A stretch of DNA of 63,992 nucleotides, counting the filler, from Reclinomonas americana ATCC 50394 (lineage: Eukaryota): the NCBI GenBank assembly GCA_048213135.1. It is 56 parts of 56 records of this genome, joined end to end, with 100 filler letters (N's around TTAATTAATTAA, not from the genome) between each part and the next. Parts side by side here need not be neighbours in the genome. Positions count along the whole stretch, not along the records: positions 1 to 1,052 come from AFZH01026688.1; positions 1,153 to 2,204 come from AFZH01026689.1; positions 2,305 to 3,355 come from AFZH01026690.1; positions 3,456 to 4,506 come from AFZH01026691.1; positions 4,607 to 5,657 come from AFZH01026692.1; positions 5,758 to 6,808 come from AFZH01026693.1; positions 6,909 to 7,955 come from AFZH01026694.1; positions 8,056 to 9,105 come from AFZH01026695.1; 48 more parts are not named here. The stretch is one strand, 5' to 3'. This document shows, piece by piece, positions 1 through 12,552 of this stretch. The notes under the pieces are model-generated. The model did no database searches. It worked only from the letters and a program-made list of their open reading frames with translations, and had not been told where the DNA came from. Every line of letters begins with the position of its first letter. The first letter of the stretch is position 1. The position numbers were made by a program, and so were the translations under genes.

Positions 1-1052
1 CTCCCCCTCTCCTTTCACATCGCCAAATTCATCCTCTTCGTTCCCACCAGTTGCAGAACCTACACGAGGAACGAGTCCCCGTGAGCCAACAACAATTCTC
101 AGCACCCCCCACAACCAGACAGCCGAGTCACTCACCGATTTCCTTGCTCTCTGCCTTGCCACGCCTCTCCTTTGTCTTCTTCTTCTTTTTGGCCTTTTGC
201 TGCATGCTGCGCTTCTTGCGCTCCTCAGCTTGCTGCCTTCGAAGCCTCCGCTCGGCATCCCGCTGCTGAGCAGCGACTTGCCGCTGCGCCTCACGAGCGG
301 AGGTTTTCGCTGTGGGCACACCGGATGACGAGTCCAATAGCCACTGGCCAAGTGTCCGCTGCTCGAGTGGCACACTGGGGTCCGCAGGGCGAGCAAGCGA
401 GAGCAAACGGAATGCAGAGCCCGAGTTTGCTGTTGACGACGGACCAGAGGTACTGCTAGTGGCGGTGGTGGTGGTGGTGGTGGTGGACGACGACGAACCG
501 GGCATACTGAAACCACCGTCCAGCCGCAGAGGCGCCGGTTGCATTGGCACGGATATGATGTGATCTGGCATGGCCGGCGGCAATTCAAAGTGCGGTACCG
601 CACCAAGTCGCGGCGACGGGCTGGCCACCGCTGCAGCTCCACAAGTGCACATGAGAAGATATGATACGCACGAAAACAAAGCAGGAAAAAAGGTGGACGA
701 AACCTGGCGACTTGGCAAGTACCGACCGACGACCCAGCGGTGGTGTCTGCGGTGCCGCGGTGGATGACGAGGACAAGGAGGAGAAAAGCATCGAACGCGC
801 TTTCAAAGTGTGCGGCGAACCAAGCGCGCCCAACAGAGGTGACGGTGCTGTGTTCGGCCCCAAGTGCGGCGACTTGCCAGCAACAGGCATGCGCGGTGAA
901 CCGGCTCCGACTTGACTGTTACCGCCAGCGGTCACTGGTCGCGGCGCCTGCCGAGGCGACATGCCCGGCGATGGCATAACAGGAGAGCCCATCACCGCAC
1001 CTGCACCGGATATTCGAGGCGAGCTCATCAGGGCGTTAGGGGGCAATGGCGG

Positions 1053-1152
1053 NNNNNNNNNNNNNNNNNNNNNNNNNNNNNNNNNNNNNNNNNNNNTTAA
1101 TTAATTAANNNNNNNNNNNNNNNNNNNNNNNNNNNNNNNNNNNNNNNNNNNN
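1053..1152. other. Artificial contig-join spacer (44 N + TTAATTAATTAA + 44 N); first of 55 identical spacers at ~1.15 kb intervals
   Basis: Identical 100-nt block recurs through the window; TTAATTAATTAA places stops in all six frames; flanking contigs are unrelated. Confidence 0.99.
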
Positions 1153-1193
1153 GTGTGGCTGGCTACCAACTCATTCCCCGCCCTTCCGTGCAG

Positions 1194-2174
1194 TTCACCA
1201 AGCACGGATCTGTGCGCATCATTTGCGATCTGGCGGAACGGCGAGCGTGGACATCGTCACACCCCGCCCCTGGCGTCCACGGTGGTAAGAGCGTTTTTGT
1301 TGCTTCATCTCCAATCTGTGCACGCTTGCTGACGGCTGGCTTGAGCAGAGCCACAGTTCGACTACGCGCCACAGTTTGAGTGGCCGCAAGTGCTGGCCGA
1401 CAGGGGCGCGTACACACTGACCGACGCACGGGAGACGCACACATCGTTCTTTTTGCGCTTTTGTGTGGCCGACACGGGGCGCGGTGTGCCGGCGGTTGAC
1501 ACGTCGCACCTGATGGAGCCGTACTTCCAGAGCAGTGCCATCAAGAACAACACCAAGTTTGCCGGCACCGGTCTTGGCCTCGGTAAGGAGGAGTCGTTTG
1601 GAAGAGTGTCGAGCTCGTCGTCGCCGTGCTCACATGCTCGTTGTACGCAGGTCTGGTGCGCGACATGTGCAAGACACTGTGGGACGGCGAGTTGTGGTGC
1701 GTTGCGGGCGGCTGTCGCTTTGGGAGGTTTCATGAAGAGCAGAATGATGATGATGATATTTGTGCAGGTTTACATCGGAGCAGCATGTGGGATCGTCGTT
1801 CTTCTTCACCGTGCCGTACCTGCCGACGGCAGAGTTGCGCTCTTTTTATTGCTATCTCCCACTCTTGCACGCGTGGCTGACTGCTCGACACAAACAGACT
1901 CTTTGTCTACGACGACATGACGCCTGTCGCTGGCTCGGCGACAAGCCCGGCTGCGGCCGGCGCACCCTCATCGTCAACATCACTGCCAGTGGCAGCGATA
2001 GCGGCGACGGCAGCAGCAGCGGCGGCGGCCAACTTCTCATCGTCGTCGTCGTCGTCTTCGTCGTCTTCGGCGGCGTTTGTCGGCGATGGCTCTCGGCCCG
2101 AGCTGTACTGCGTTCTTGTGGACGACAGTCGCATCATCACCAAGTCGCTGGAGCGATTGTGCCTGACGCATCCG
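1194..2174 (+). CDS. Eukaryotic hybrid sensor histidine kinase, partial (HATPase_c + start of receiver domain), spliced
   Basis: FTKHGSV (end of N box), VADTGRGV (G1), MEPYFQ (F), GTGLGL (G2), GSSFFFTVP, then receiver start YCVLVDDSRIITKSL; GT-AG introns e.g. 1583-1650. Confidence 0.85.
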
Positions 2175-2304
2175 GTGAGTGTCGGAGTAGAGGGGAAAGG
2201 GGGCNNNNNNNNNNNNNNNNNNNNNNNNNNNNNNNNNNNNNNNNNNNNTTAATTAATTAANNNNNNNNNNNNNNNNNNNNNNNNNNNNNNNNNNNNNNNN
2301 NNNN

Positions 2305-3355
2305 TGACCTGCTTCGGCGAGCAGTTCCTTGGCCTTCTCGGGGTCGTACGAGATCACGTCGGAGAGGTCCTCGTAGCCCGGGTCGAGCTCCGGGATCGGC
2401 CCGTAGAGCGTGGTGCCGGCGCCGACCGCCTCGATGAGGGCCTCATGGTCGATCGCCAGGCGCAGCGCTTCGCGCACGCGGACGTCGTCGAGCGGTGCCT
2501 TCTTGTTGTTGAAGGCCAGCGTCGCCTTGTCGGTGGTGCGACCCTTCGTGAGCGTGAAGTCGCCGGAGTCCTCGAGCTGCGATGCGAGGTTCGGGTCGAC
2601 CGCCGTCAGGACGTCGACGTCGCCTGCGAGCGCGGCGTTCACGCCGGCCGTGAAGTCGGGGATGTACTGGAACTCCACCTCGGCCACTCCGGCCGCTTCT
2701 CCCCAGTAGTCGTCGTTCCGCGCGAACGTGATGGTGCTGCCCTTGCTCCAGCGCGTGAGGGTGAAGGGACCCGTGCCGTTCTCGGCCGTCTTGAGGTCTG
2801 TCGTGTCGCCGGACTTGAAGATCAGGCCGGCGGGTCCGGTGAGCGCGAACAGGAAGTTCTGATTCGGCGCGGACAGCACGATCTCGACGGTCGTGGCGTC
2901 GGGGGCGGTGATCGAGGCGACCGAGGCGAACTCCGCGTTGCCCTGCACCGTCGTGTCGGTGCGCACGGTCTCGTAGGAGGCGACGACGTCGGCCGACGTG
3001 AGCGGCGTGCCATCGTGGAAGAGCACACCGTCGTTCAGCGTGAAGGTGTAGGTGAGTCCGTCGGCGGACACCTCGTAGTCGGAGGCGATCCGTCCCTCGA
3101 TCTCGTTGTCCTGCGTGCGTGTCACGAGACCCTCGTAGATGTTGTCGATGAGGATCTGCTCGATGGCGGCGCCGCTGGTGTGCCGGATGTCGAGGTTGGT
3201 CGGCTCGAGGACCAGACCGACGTGCAGGGTGGCGTCCGGGTCGGGCTTCCCGGGAGAGGACGACGGGGTCTCTGCGGGGGTGCCGGTGCAGGCGCTGAGG
3301 ATGACGGCGGTCGCCGCGAGGGCGGAGATCAGAGCAAGACGTCGGGTGCGTCGGA
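2305..3355 (-). CDS. Bacterial ABC transporter substrate-binding lipoprotein, family 5 (peptide/nickel), partial; Actinobacteria-like
   Basis: Lipoprotein signal RRTRRLALISALAATAVILSAC; IYEGLV, YTFTLNDGVLFHDGTPLTSADV, GTGPF, VREALRLAID, YDPEKAKELL; intronless, high GC3. Confidence 0.93.
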
Positions 3356-3630
3356 NNNNNNNNNNNNNNNNNNNNNNNNNNNNNNNNNNNNNNNNNNNNT
3401 TAATTAATTAANNNNNNNNNNNNNNNNNNNNNNNNNNNNNNNNNNNNNNNNNNNNACTTTTGACTGCACGCGGCACACGACGAGGCTCAGCGTGCGTGAA
3501 GCAACATGACTGCTCACGCGCACTCAGGGCTGCGTCACAGCAGCAGTTGCGCTTGCCTCGTGTCGCCACTGTCTTTGCAGATCATGACTCTTCCTGTTTG
3601 TCGTGAGCAGCAACGCGTCGGTTTCGCTTC

Positions 3631-4460
3631 GTGCTGGGCCTGCCGCTCCTGATGCTCTTCTTAGTCGTGTTGGTGTGCGTGACAACGGCTGTCCACGCTG
3701 ACAAGTGCGAAGATGATTGGGGTGCAGTGCTTGCCGGAACGTTGCGTCTGTTGCATTGTGTGTGTGCATGCATTTACCCGCCGCATGCTCATGCAACTCC
3801 GTCTTGCTTACGAGCGCAGCTACCCTGGTGCTGAGGCCATGGTTTGCTGCTTCAGCTGCTCTCCCTTCCCCCCTCACCGTTGTCATGCTCATCTCATCTG
3901 CACATAAATAGCTGTACGAGTCCACCGGCAAGTCTCCGCCGCGTGATGCAGGTGCCTCGCGTTGCCATCAAACGCTCACACTGCCGCTGCCGGCTGCTCA
4001 CCTGTCTCGCATTCGTAACAGGCGACTACAAGCGTTGCATCCAGCCCGATCTCACTCCGTCGGCGCACTACTGCCTGGTGACGGCCAATGTCAGCACGAC
4101 GCTGCAGGTGTGCGCCGATGTACGCTGCTCTTGTTGCTTCTTCGTCTGAGGCCACCATGCTTGTAGCCTACTCTTGGTATGTGTGTGCCGCATTCGTGCA
4201 CCTCCGAGACGCTGCCGGCCACCGCAGCCGAGTTTATCAGTTTGCTGTTCCCCAAGACCCCGATTCCCGCTTCTGCGTTGCGCTTCTTCTCTCCGGTCGT
4301 CGCTGCTGCTGTGTGTTGTGCGCCGACTAATTGTATGTGCGTGTGTGATTCACAGCATCACCGCGTCGTGCACCGACGAGCAGGTCGTCCACACACTGCC
4401 GCGTGAAGCACGAGGCGCCATTGTGTTGTTGGCCGGCCTCGGCACGCTGGTGTTGATTGG
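3631..4460 (+). CDS. Probable NRF-6/O-acyltransferase-like protein, N-terminal Cys-rich domain, spliced, partial
   Basis: Signal-like hydrophobic stretch, then exon pieces STGKSPP, GDYKRC..HYCLV, CVPHSCTSETL, ITASC followed by a TM helix; Cys spacing resembles the NRF domain. Confidence 0.5.
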
Positions 4461-4606
4461 TGCGTGTGTGTGTGAAGAGTAATGCATGTTCTCATGCCAC
4501 TCTCACNNNNNNNNNNNNNNNNNNNNNNNNNNNNNNNNNNNNNNNNNNNNTTAATTAATTAANNNNNNNNNNNNNNNNNNNNNNNNNNNNNNNNNNNNNN
4601 NNNNNN

Positions 4607-5569
4607 TTCCACTTGCACATCAGCATGATTGCGCAGGCGTTTTGCACACTTGCCGATGCGGAGGATACACTCACCGAGTCGATGCGAGTGGCCGACGAGT
4701 GTGCGGCGCAGACATTTGGAGGCATCAGCGGTGCTTCCATGCCGACACAGTGGGACGATCTGGAATTGGCGGTGTACTCGTGTGTCGATGAGCGTTTCGA
4801 AGCGGCCGCCATTCTCGACGACCCGGGTGTGGTGATTCTCCGTGAGGTCTGTTGCTATTGTTAACGTCGCACTGTCTCGTGTGTGTTCTCGTGTGCCTCA
4901 CTGCGCGCGTCGTCCGCCTGCAGTGGGTGGCCGGCACCGAAACTCCTCACACGGTGCAAATGAAGGAGCTGGCAGCCGAGTGTCGTGCCGCGGCGGCGGC
5001 GGCGCGCGAGCGTGCTGCCGGAATGGATGTGGCCATGAAGAGATTCGAGGCCGTGGTGTTGGTGGCGCGCACCGAGGCGGAGCACAAGTCGAATCCGAAC
5101 TCGCCCATGCGTCTGGCCTCGGAGGGTCTGCGTGCGCTGTTGGACAGTTTTGAGAGACGCCACGAGGATTTGCGGAAGCGCATCCTGTACTACGCCACCA
5201 TCGTGCAACGAGTGAGCGACATCCCGCAGTGGTTCATGCAGTGGGCCACCTCGGTCAGCACGCTCAACATGCAGGAGGTTGTCGAGTGGAAGCAGTTGGA
5301 GCATTCGAGTGCCCTCCCGCACCTCGTGCAGAGCTTTGCGCAGCGCCTGCAACGCGACATGGACATTCTGCAACGGCGCGTGCAAGTGCTGCAGGAGCAG
5401 GTGAAGTTGCACCAGACGAGGGCCGCCGACTGCCGCAAGGCCATGCTGCTCGACGAGGCCGCCAAGGAGGATGCGCTGGCAGAGGATGAGCAGAACCGCG
5501 TACTGTTGTTCCAATCGGCGCGCGACGTGGTTGAGCAGCGGCTGCACCAGTTGCAGGGCCGGACGGAGA
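4607..5569 (+). CDS. Eukaryotic coiled-coil protein fragment, unknown function
   Basis: Long codon-biased exons separated by a GT-AG intron (~4847-4923); heptad-rich helical sequence. Confidence 0.5.
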
Positions 5570-5623
5570 CAGTTGGACTCGACTTGTCACCTCGAGTTGC
5601 GTCACGCAGTGTTCTCGGTCTAC

Positions 5624-5657
<34 letters not shown>

Positions 5658-5771
5658 NNNNNNNNNNNNNNNNNNNNNNNNNNNNNNNNNNNNNNNNNNN
5701 NTTAATTAATTAANNNNNNNNNNNNNNNNNNNNNNNNNNNNNNNNNNNNNNNNNNNNCCTTTCCATTGCAG

Positions 5772-6028
5772 AGTACAGCTACCGCCCGATGCTCGGCCCT
5801 GTGCCGGAACTGCAGCTGCCGATGACCCTGCCGAATCTGCCCGACATTGCGGAGCTGTCGTGGGGAGCGGCCGTCGGTGCCGAGCTGCCCTCCATTGCGC
5901 CTTCGTCGGGCACAGCGGCGCTGCCAGATGTCGTCGGTTCCTCGTCCACGGCCTCGGTGCCGGCACCAGGTCCGCACCAGCCGCGTCCGTCGGCTCCCTC
6001 CGGCTCCGCCCCACCACCACCACCTCCG

Positions 6029-6063
<35 letters not shown>

Positions 6064-6745
6064 GGGTGGTGCACGCCCGCCTGGTCCCCCTGGCGCCCCG
6101 CCGCCACCGCCACCTCCAGGCATGCCGCCGCCACCACCTCCGCCTCCCGGTGCCCCACCGCCACCACCCGGCGCACCACCACCGCCACCGGGTGGTCTGC
6201 CCAGTGGCGTGCCACCCGTTGTGGCCGCTCCCAGCCGAGCGTTGCGTCTCTTGCTTTGCGCACACGTGTGTGTCGATCGATTCCTGCCGCTCACTCCTTG
6301 CTCTCCATCGCAGTGCACTGCTGGACAGCATCCGCAACCCCGGCATCCGTCTCAAGAAGGTCTCGCAGGAGGAGATCGAAAAGGAAAAGGACACCAAGCC
6401 ACCGCCAGCTGTTTCGTTCTCCACCCACATGTTCCTCATTCTCTTCCTTGCCACTCACGTGCTGTGCAGTCGGGCAACCCACAAATGGACATGATGGCCG
6501 CCCTGCAATCCAAGTTGAAATTGCGCCGCAAGGCCATGAGTGGCCGCGACGAGCCCGAAGCTCCGCGTGCCTCAGGCTCCGCACCTCCTCCACCCCCCGC
6601 CCCCGTGCCGGCCCCTGTGCCCGCCCAACAGCTGCCCGAGCTGCCCAGCTCCTCCTCAGCTCCTCCGGCCGCGCCTCGCCCGGCACTGCCGCCGCCTCCG
6701 CCTCGACCGCGCCCCGCAGACAGCGACAGCGATGAGGAGTGGTGA
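5772..6745 (+). CDS. WASHC1: WASH complex subunit 1 (Arp2/3 nucleation-promoting factor), C-terminal part, spliced
   Basis: YRPMLGPVPELQLPMTLPNLPDIA (end of WAHD region), poly-Pro, WH2 ALLDSIRNPGIRLKKV, central MMAALQSKLKLRRKAMSG, acidic tail DSDSDEEW-stop; introns begin at 6241 and 6411. Confidence 0.9.
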
Positions 6746-6932
6746 GCCGGCACTTGAGAGTCTGCAATTGAAGCGGAATTGGTGGAAGCCCGATCGACGG
6801 AATCTCGCNNNNNNNNNNNNNNNNNNNNNNNNNNNNNNNNNNNNNNNNNNNNTTAATTAATTAANNNNNNNNNNNNNNNNNNNNNNNNNNNNNNNNNNNN
6901 NNNNNNNNTGCTGGCAGGAGCGGCCTGCGATT

Positions 6933-7325
6933 TCACTTCGGCAGCGATGAGGCAGCCAGTTTCACCGCGTCACCGAGCTGCTTGCAGAACGCCGCAGCCG
7001 TGCTGCCCTGCGCTTTCGAAACCGCTTCGATGTCCTGGGTCACCCCCATCATCGACAGCGTACCCTTCTTGCCGAGCGCTTCGGCGGCGTCGCCGGCGCT
7101 CTTGTCGGCCGGCGGCGGGATCAGGGCCAGAACCTTGGTCTGAATCTCGACGACATCGGCGCCGACATGGCCCTTCTCGGCGCAGTAGCTGATGACGCCG
7201 AGCTGGTTGCGGCCGGCCTGGTAGGCAGCAGCGAGCTGGTCAGCCTGACTCTGGGCGAAGGCCTGACCGCTGGACAGAGCCGCCAACGCGGCAATGGCGC
7301 TGAAACGCTTGAAGGAAAGCAGCAT
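6933..7325 (-). CDS. Secreted small Ala-rich protein with two Cys (Alphaproteobacteria-like), 130 aa
   Basis: Sec signal MLLSFKRFSAIAALAALSSGQAFA, GAGAGA-like RBS, bacterial codon bias. Confidence 0.75.
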   Translation of the reverse strand: MLLSFKRFSAIAALAALSSGQAFAQSQADQLAAAYQAGRNQLGVISYCAEKGHVGADVVEIQTKVLALIPPPADKSAGDAAEALGKKGTLSMMGVTQDIEAVSKAQGSTAAAFCKQLGDAVKLAASSLPK

Positions 7326-7579
7326 GATAATCTCTCTCAAGTTGAACGCATCCGCAAATGCAAGCCCCGCTTCCCCAGCGCCCGCATAGCCTTCCAGCCC
7401 GATGCGACAAAGATACGGCAGAAAGACTCGGGCACGGCGAAAGCGAACCGCTCTTGTGACGATCTGATGCCGTTTCGCCGAAAGCGCCCCTGCCCGCTGC
7501 TGCCGCGGCTGAAGCGGAATGCCGTTCGTATTTTATGCGGCGTCCGCTTTTCCGCTTCGGCAGGAAGCCAATCCAGCCA

Positions 7580-7863
7580 TGAGACTTCTGCGCCAAGTGA
7601 AGCTTGGACGAACCGGCCCAACCCTCGACGAGCAGCTGACGCTGATCTGGAACAATCTGCGCGCGATCCTCGCTTCCGCGGAGATGACCGTCGACAACAT
7701 CGTGCGCCTGACCAGCTATCTGCGCGATGCCAGTTTCGTCGAAGCCGACCAGAGCGCTCGCCTCGCCGCTCTCGGCGGCCGCGCGATCCCGACGACCGCG
7801 ATCGTGGCGCAGACGCTGCATGAGGACTGGCTCGTCGAGATCGAGGTGATCGCCGCCGCCTGA
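7580..7863 (+). pseudogene. RidA/YjgF family protein, apparently lacking its N-terminal part
   Basis: EQLTLIWNNLRAIL..DNIVRLTSYL..WLVEIEVIAAA is typical RidA C-terminal sequence; upstream in-frame sequence lacks the usual 'lfvSG' strand. Confidence 0.6.
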
Positions 7864-9945
7864 ACGTACGCCCGGATCGCACGGATTCCGCTCATCTCGT
7901 TGGCAAAACGTTCACGCCGAGCTGCTAGCAGGTGCCCGGAAGTCGGCTGGGATGGNNNNNNNNNNNNNNNNNNNNNNNNNNNNNNNNNNNNNNNNNNNNT
8001 TAATTAATTAANNNNNNNNNNNNNNNNNNNNNNNNNNNNNNNNNNNNNNNNNNNNGCCGCCACCACGCGGGTCACTGGCCTCTTGCGCTGCGCGGTCACT
8101 GGCGAGACGGCGGTCACCTGCCGTACGTTGGACAGGGTGGCGAACTTTTCTGCCAGCGATGCACGGGGGCGGCGAGCGCTGAGGTCCACGTCGGCCCTCG
8201 CGTCCACCACTTCGTCGTCCATGTCCTCCAGGTCGGAGACGCCACGTGCGCGCTGCACGGCGGCGCGTCGTCGGTCCACTGTCGCTGCTGCCGTACGCAG
8301 ACGGGTCTGCGCCTGCACGCGCGCCACGGCCGTCGACGCCGCCTGCCGCTTAATCGGCACGCGGAGCGGGCTCCTCACATCGTCGTCCACATCGTCAGCG
8401 TAGCGATGCACGGCCGCTGCGCTGCCCACCGGCTCAATCTCATACTCGTCGCTGCGGAAGCGGCCGACCGCCAGTGGCACTGGCGACAGCGGCGCCGAAC
8501 GCACCGAGGTCGGGCGCGGCACTGGCGACACGGCGGCGGCGGCAGCCGAAACCGGTCGGCGAGTGACGGTCTCGCGAGGGGAGCCCGCCGGACTGTACCG
8601 CATGATCGTGAGACGGAGCACATACAGAGGAGGGCGAGGGAAGGCCAAGCAAGACTCAACGAGTTCACAATGCGGATCTTGAACTTCTTTGGCTGCTCCG
8701 CGGCCACAGGTGACGGGGAGGCGGAGAGCGGAGTGCGAGCACGACGTGCTGAGACGGGGGGAGGAGGAGGAGTCGCCATTCCCTGCGTGGTGCGCACCAC
8801 CGGTCGCGGTGGCGCCATGTTTGTCTTGACCGGGCGCACCACACCAGCTGCACCGCCGCCACCCACCACCACACTGCACACAGAACAGCAACAGGTCAGA
8901 CACCAGGCCAGATCGCCCAAAAAACAGCATCGCCCCACGCACCCTCGGCGCTGTCGTGCCAACAACCGCGCATCACGAATCGTGTTCATCGCCGACCCGG
9001 TCCGCTGCAGCGCCGGCGACCGCTGCATCACCACCTTGCCACCAGCCGCGGCATTGCCTCCACGACGGTTCGCCAGCACCGCCTGACGCTTCGTCGCCTG
9101 TGCACNNNNNNNNNNNNNNNNNNNNNNNNNNNNNNNNNNNNNNNNNNNNTTAATTAATTAANNNNNNNNNNNNNNNNNNNNNNNNNNNNNNNNNNNNNNN
9201 NNNNNGTTGTATGATGCCCATAGACGACAGAGAAGCGACAGCGATGAAGACGCCCCGTATGGAGTGTATGTTCTTCCGGCTGTTTCGCAAGCACACGCCG
9301 TGCGCTCGCATGCCGTCAGGCATGGCGAGACACGGAGATGTGCGTGTATTGAGAGGTTGTGGGGACCGCGGCGTCGGCCTCAGAGAGAGCATGGGAGAAA
9401 CAACCCTCTGATTATGTGTTGGAGATTGCCAGGATCGCTGCGGCTTGTAGTTTTAGTGGCGATCGGGAATGAAGGGCTGGCTGTGGATGTGGTACATGTT
9501 GTGAGAAGTGCAGGTCATTCTGTTCGCCGTCTTTGGACGGCATAGGTGTTGTTAAGAAGAGTGTGTGGGAGTGCTGTTTTTCTTTTCTGTCGGTGTGGTA
9601 TGTGGCTTTATCTAGGAACGTTGATGGGGCCGGGAGCTCGGGTGATCGGAGCTCAGTAGATGCCCATGCGCTGTGAGCGCGAGTAGCAATGACCGCGGGT
9701 TTGAACCCGGGAGCGGCGTAGAACACATGATAGTGGATGTGTAGATATCGAAGATTCTTTTCACCTTGTCGCCAAGGCGACAGAAGTGGTGTCAAGTGGG
9801 CACACGCTTGCGTGTGAGGGCACTTGTTTATCATGAGGAACCGCCTACGTGCGTACTCGTAACCGTGATCGTTGGCACTGTGTGCCCATGAGGGGAGAAC
9901 GGAATATCGATGGGTGATCGGAGTTATTTGAAGGATATGCCTGTT

Positions 9946-10029
9946 TCTGGCGTTCCGCACGGGCACCCCTGAGTAGGGTGGTGCGAATCTGGTGTTCCGC
10001 ACGAGCACCCCTGAGTCGGGTGGTGCGAG
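9946..10029. repeat. Two imperfect tandem copies of a 42-bp unit within an intronless 275-aa minus-strand ORF
   Basis: tctggcgttccgcacgggcacccctgagtagggtggtgcga at 9946 and a near copy at 9988. Confidence 0.85.
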
Positions 10030-11536
10030 GAGGCATACTGCCTTGGTCGCTATGCGCGAGAAACAGGATCGATAATTGGAGATTCGAAAGTGGAATCTTT
10101 TTCTAAGCTGAGGATCGGCGTTTCGGTTGTGGGGGTCGTTGCAAGGAGCGTGGGAAACGTCTCGCACCGGATTTAATCCGATGAGCACCCTCTTTGGGGT
10201 CGGAAAGACGGAAGAGGAAGAGAACCCAAAAATGGTCAATTCGAACCGGTTCGAANNNNNNNNNNNNNNNNNNNNNNNNNNNNNNNNNNNNNNNNNNNNT
10301 TAATTAATTAANNNNNNNNNNNNNNNNNNNNNNNNNNNNNNNNNNNNNNNNNNNNTTGTTTTGAAGAATGGCAGGCGCGCCGCGGGCGATTCCCATTGGT
10401 GTGGCCTCTGCCGCGGCTCCTCCGCGCGGCCGCCTCGGCTCCTCCCCCGCGCCGACCTCCATCGACGAGCTTCCGGAGCTGGAGCTGCCGCCGGCGAGCC
10501 CGCCCGTGACTGCACACATTCGCACCATGCTCGGCGCCGCCACTGCTGGCTCCTCCTCCTCGTCGTCGCTGCCACGTGGCATCCCGTCAGGCAGCGCGGC
10601 GGCCGCGCATAGTGGCTCGCCGGTGCTGGCGACACTGGCGGCGACGCGAGCGGCGGGGGTGATTGGCGCCGACGGCGGCAGTCAGGAGGTCGACGATGGC
10701 GGGGATGGCGATGATGGCGACAGCGATCTGGGTGTAGATCTGGATGATGATGAGGTGATTGGGGCGCGGCCGAGCAGCAGCAAGCGGCGGCCCGGGCGGA
10801 GGCGACAGCAGCGAGAGAAGAGGAGGAGGATGAGATGATGATGCAGATGGATGGAGTGGATGGCGCGGCGGTGGAGTGGCGCGGAGAGGGCGATGGCGCG
10901 CTGTTGACGGCGAGAACACGCAAGGAGCGTGGGCGGGCGGTGGTCGAACGCAGTTGCGCGCACATGTCTCACACTCACACAGACTGCACTCTTTCACTCA
11001 AACTGCTCGTGTGTTGCAGCGGCACACCACTGGACGCAGTTGCGCGCGCTGCTGGCCTCGCTGCAACGCGCATTCGACTCGGAGTTGGAGCGCTGTGTCA
11101 TTCGCAATCCGCTGCTCGTGTTGCGTGAGAGCTCTTCCACACAAGCCTTTTTGTAATGTGCCGTGACACTCACACTGTGTGAGCGCGTGTGTAGTTTTGG
11201 GTATCAGTGGCGAGATGCGGATGCCGAGGTGCGGTGGGAGGCCGGAGTGAGTGCGTCGTCGGCGGCGGCGGGGCCGCGACCGGAGGGCGAGGTGGTGCCG
11301 ACGGCCGAGTATGTGTCGCGGCTGAGCTCGTGGGTCAATGGCAAGCTGGGTTTCTCGCCGGTGACCGGCAACCCCCCTGTCGAGTGTTGCGTGAGGAGGG
11401 AAGGNNNNNNNNNNNNNNNNNNNNNNNNNNNNNNNNNNNNNNNNNNNNTTAATTAATTAANNNNNNNNNNNNNNNNNNNNNNNNNNNNNNNNNNNNNNNN
11501 NNNNCGTTGTATGCCTCGTTGAAGAAGACTGACTGT

Positions 11537-11581
<45 letters not shown>

Positions 11582-11979
11582 TTGCCCCGTTCCACTCGTT
11601 CTCCAATCCTGTGCGCTTGGTTGTCAACAGTTGGTGACTGTCACCAGCTTCTCCACTCATCGTCACTTCCTCTCGGTTCCCTCCTCGATGTATGCTTGTT
11701 GAGGAAGCTGGTTGTCATCTGTCTCTTTCTCTCTTTGCCCCACTCCACTCGCCCTCCATCCCTATGTGCTTGGTTGTCGACAACACTGACTGTCACCAGC
11801 TTCTTGCCAAATCATCGTATTCTTCGTCGGAATTCACGCTTCCCTTGCAGTGTGTTCTTACTCGTTGAATTACCGTCACCTCCTTGCTCTCTCCTTGCCT
11901 CCTTCTCTCTCTCTCTCTCTCATGTCCTTTCCCCGCTCCCTTTCCTTCCTCTCCAAGAAAAACTGACTGGTTTTCCGCC

Positions 11980-12274
11980 CACCTCGTTCGTCAATCCACC
12001 ACACAGTCCCGACGACAAGCACCTGGTCGCCGGCGGCAGCACCGGCATGCTCTTCTTCTGGGACGTGGGCTCCGGCCGCGCCGAACTGACCGTGGCCTCG
12101 CCCAGCGTCACCAAGTTGCGCGCACACCATTCAGCGCAACAATATCACACAACATTGCTCACCATTCCACACAGTTCGGTGACCTCAGTGGCGTGGAGCT
12201 CACTGACCAACGAGCTGCTCGTGTCGACATTAGAGTCGGGCGAAATTGCAGTCTTTGCGCCCTTCCGTGCGTGA
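11980..12274 (+). CDS. WD40-repeat protein C-terminus (possibly ATG16-like)
   Basis: SPDDKHLVAGGSTGMLFFWDV ... SSVTSVAWS ... stop. Confidence 0.6.
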
Positions 12275-12516
12275 CATAATAATAGTAATAACGAAGCAAG
12301 AAGGAAACCATGATGTGAATGTGAATGATATCAATGTTCATTCACGCTCTCTCTTTCAAGCAATTCGCGCGCGTGTTCTTGTGCGTGCGTGCATGTCTGT
12401 GTTAGAAGAAGAGGCCTCCGAATCCGAAACCAAAGATGCCAAACGGGTCGGCAGGAGCAGGCGGCGGCGCCGGTGCCTCCTCAGTCACCTGTTGCACACA
12501 TGTGAGCACAATGTGC

Positions 12517-12552
<36 letters not shown>

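Noticed and set aside
1097..1108. Regularly spaced TTAATTAATTAA palindromes (CRISPR/att-like periodicity)
   Set aside because: Embedded in N runs of fixed length; an artificial six-frame stop linker. ORF tails '..XXXLIN' are artefacts.
2445..3355. Long antisense ORFs on bacterial contigs (also 45938-46741, 46024-46898, 39378-39983)
   Set aside because: Shadow ORFs from high GC3 opposite well-supported genes
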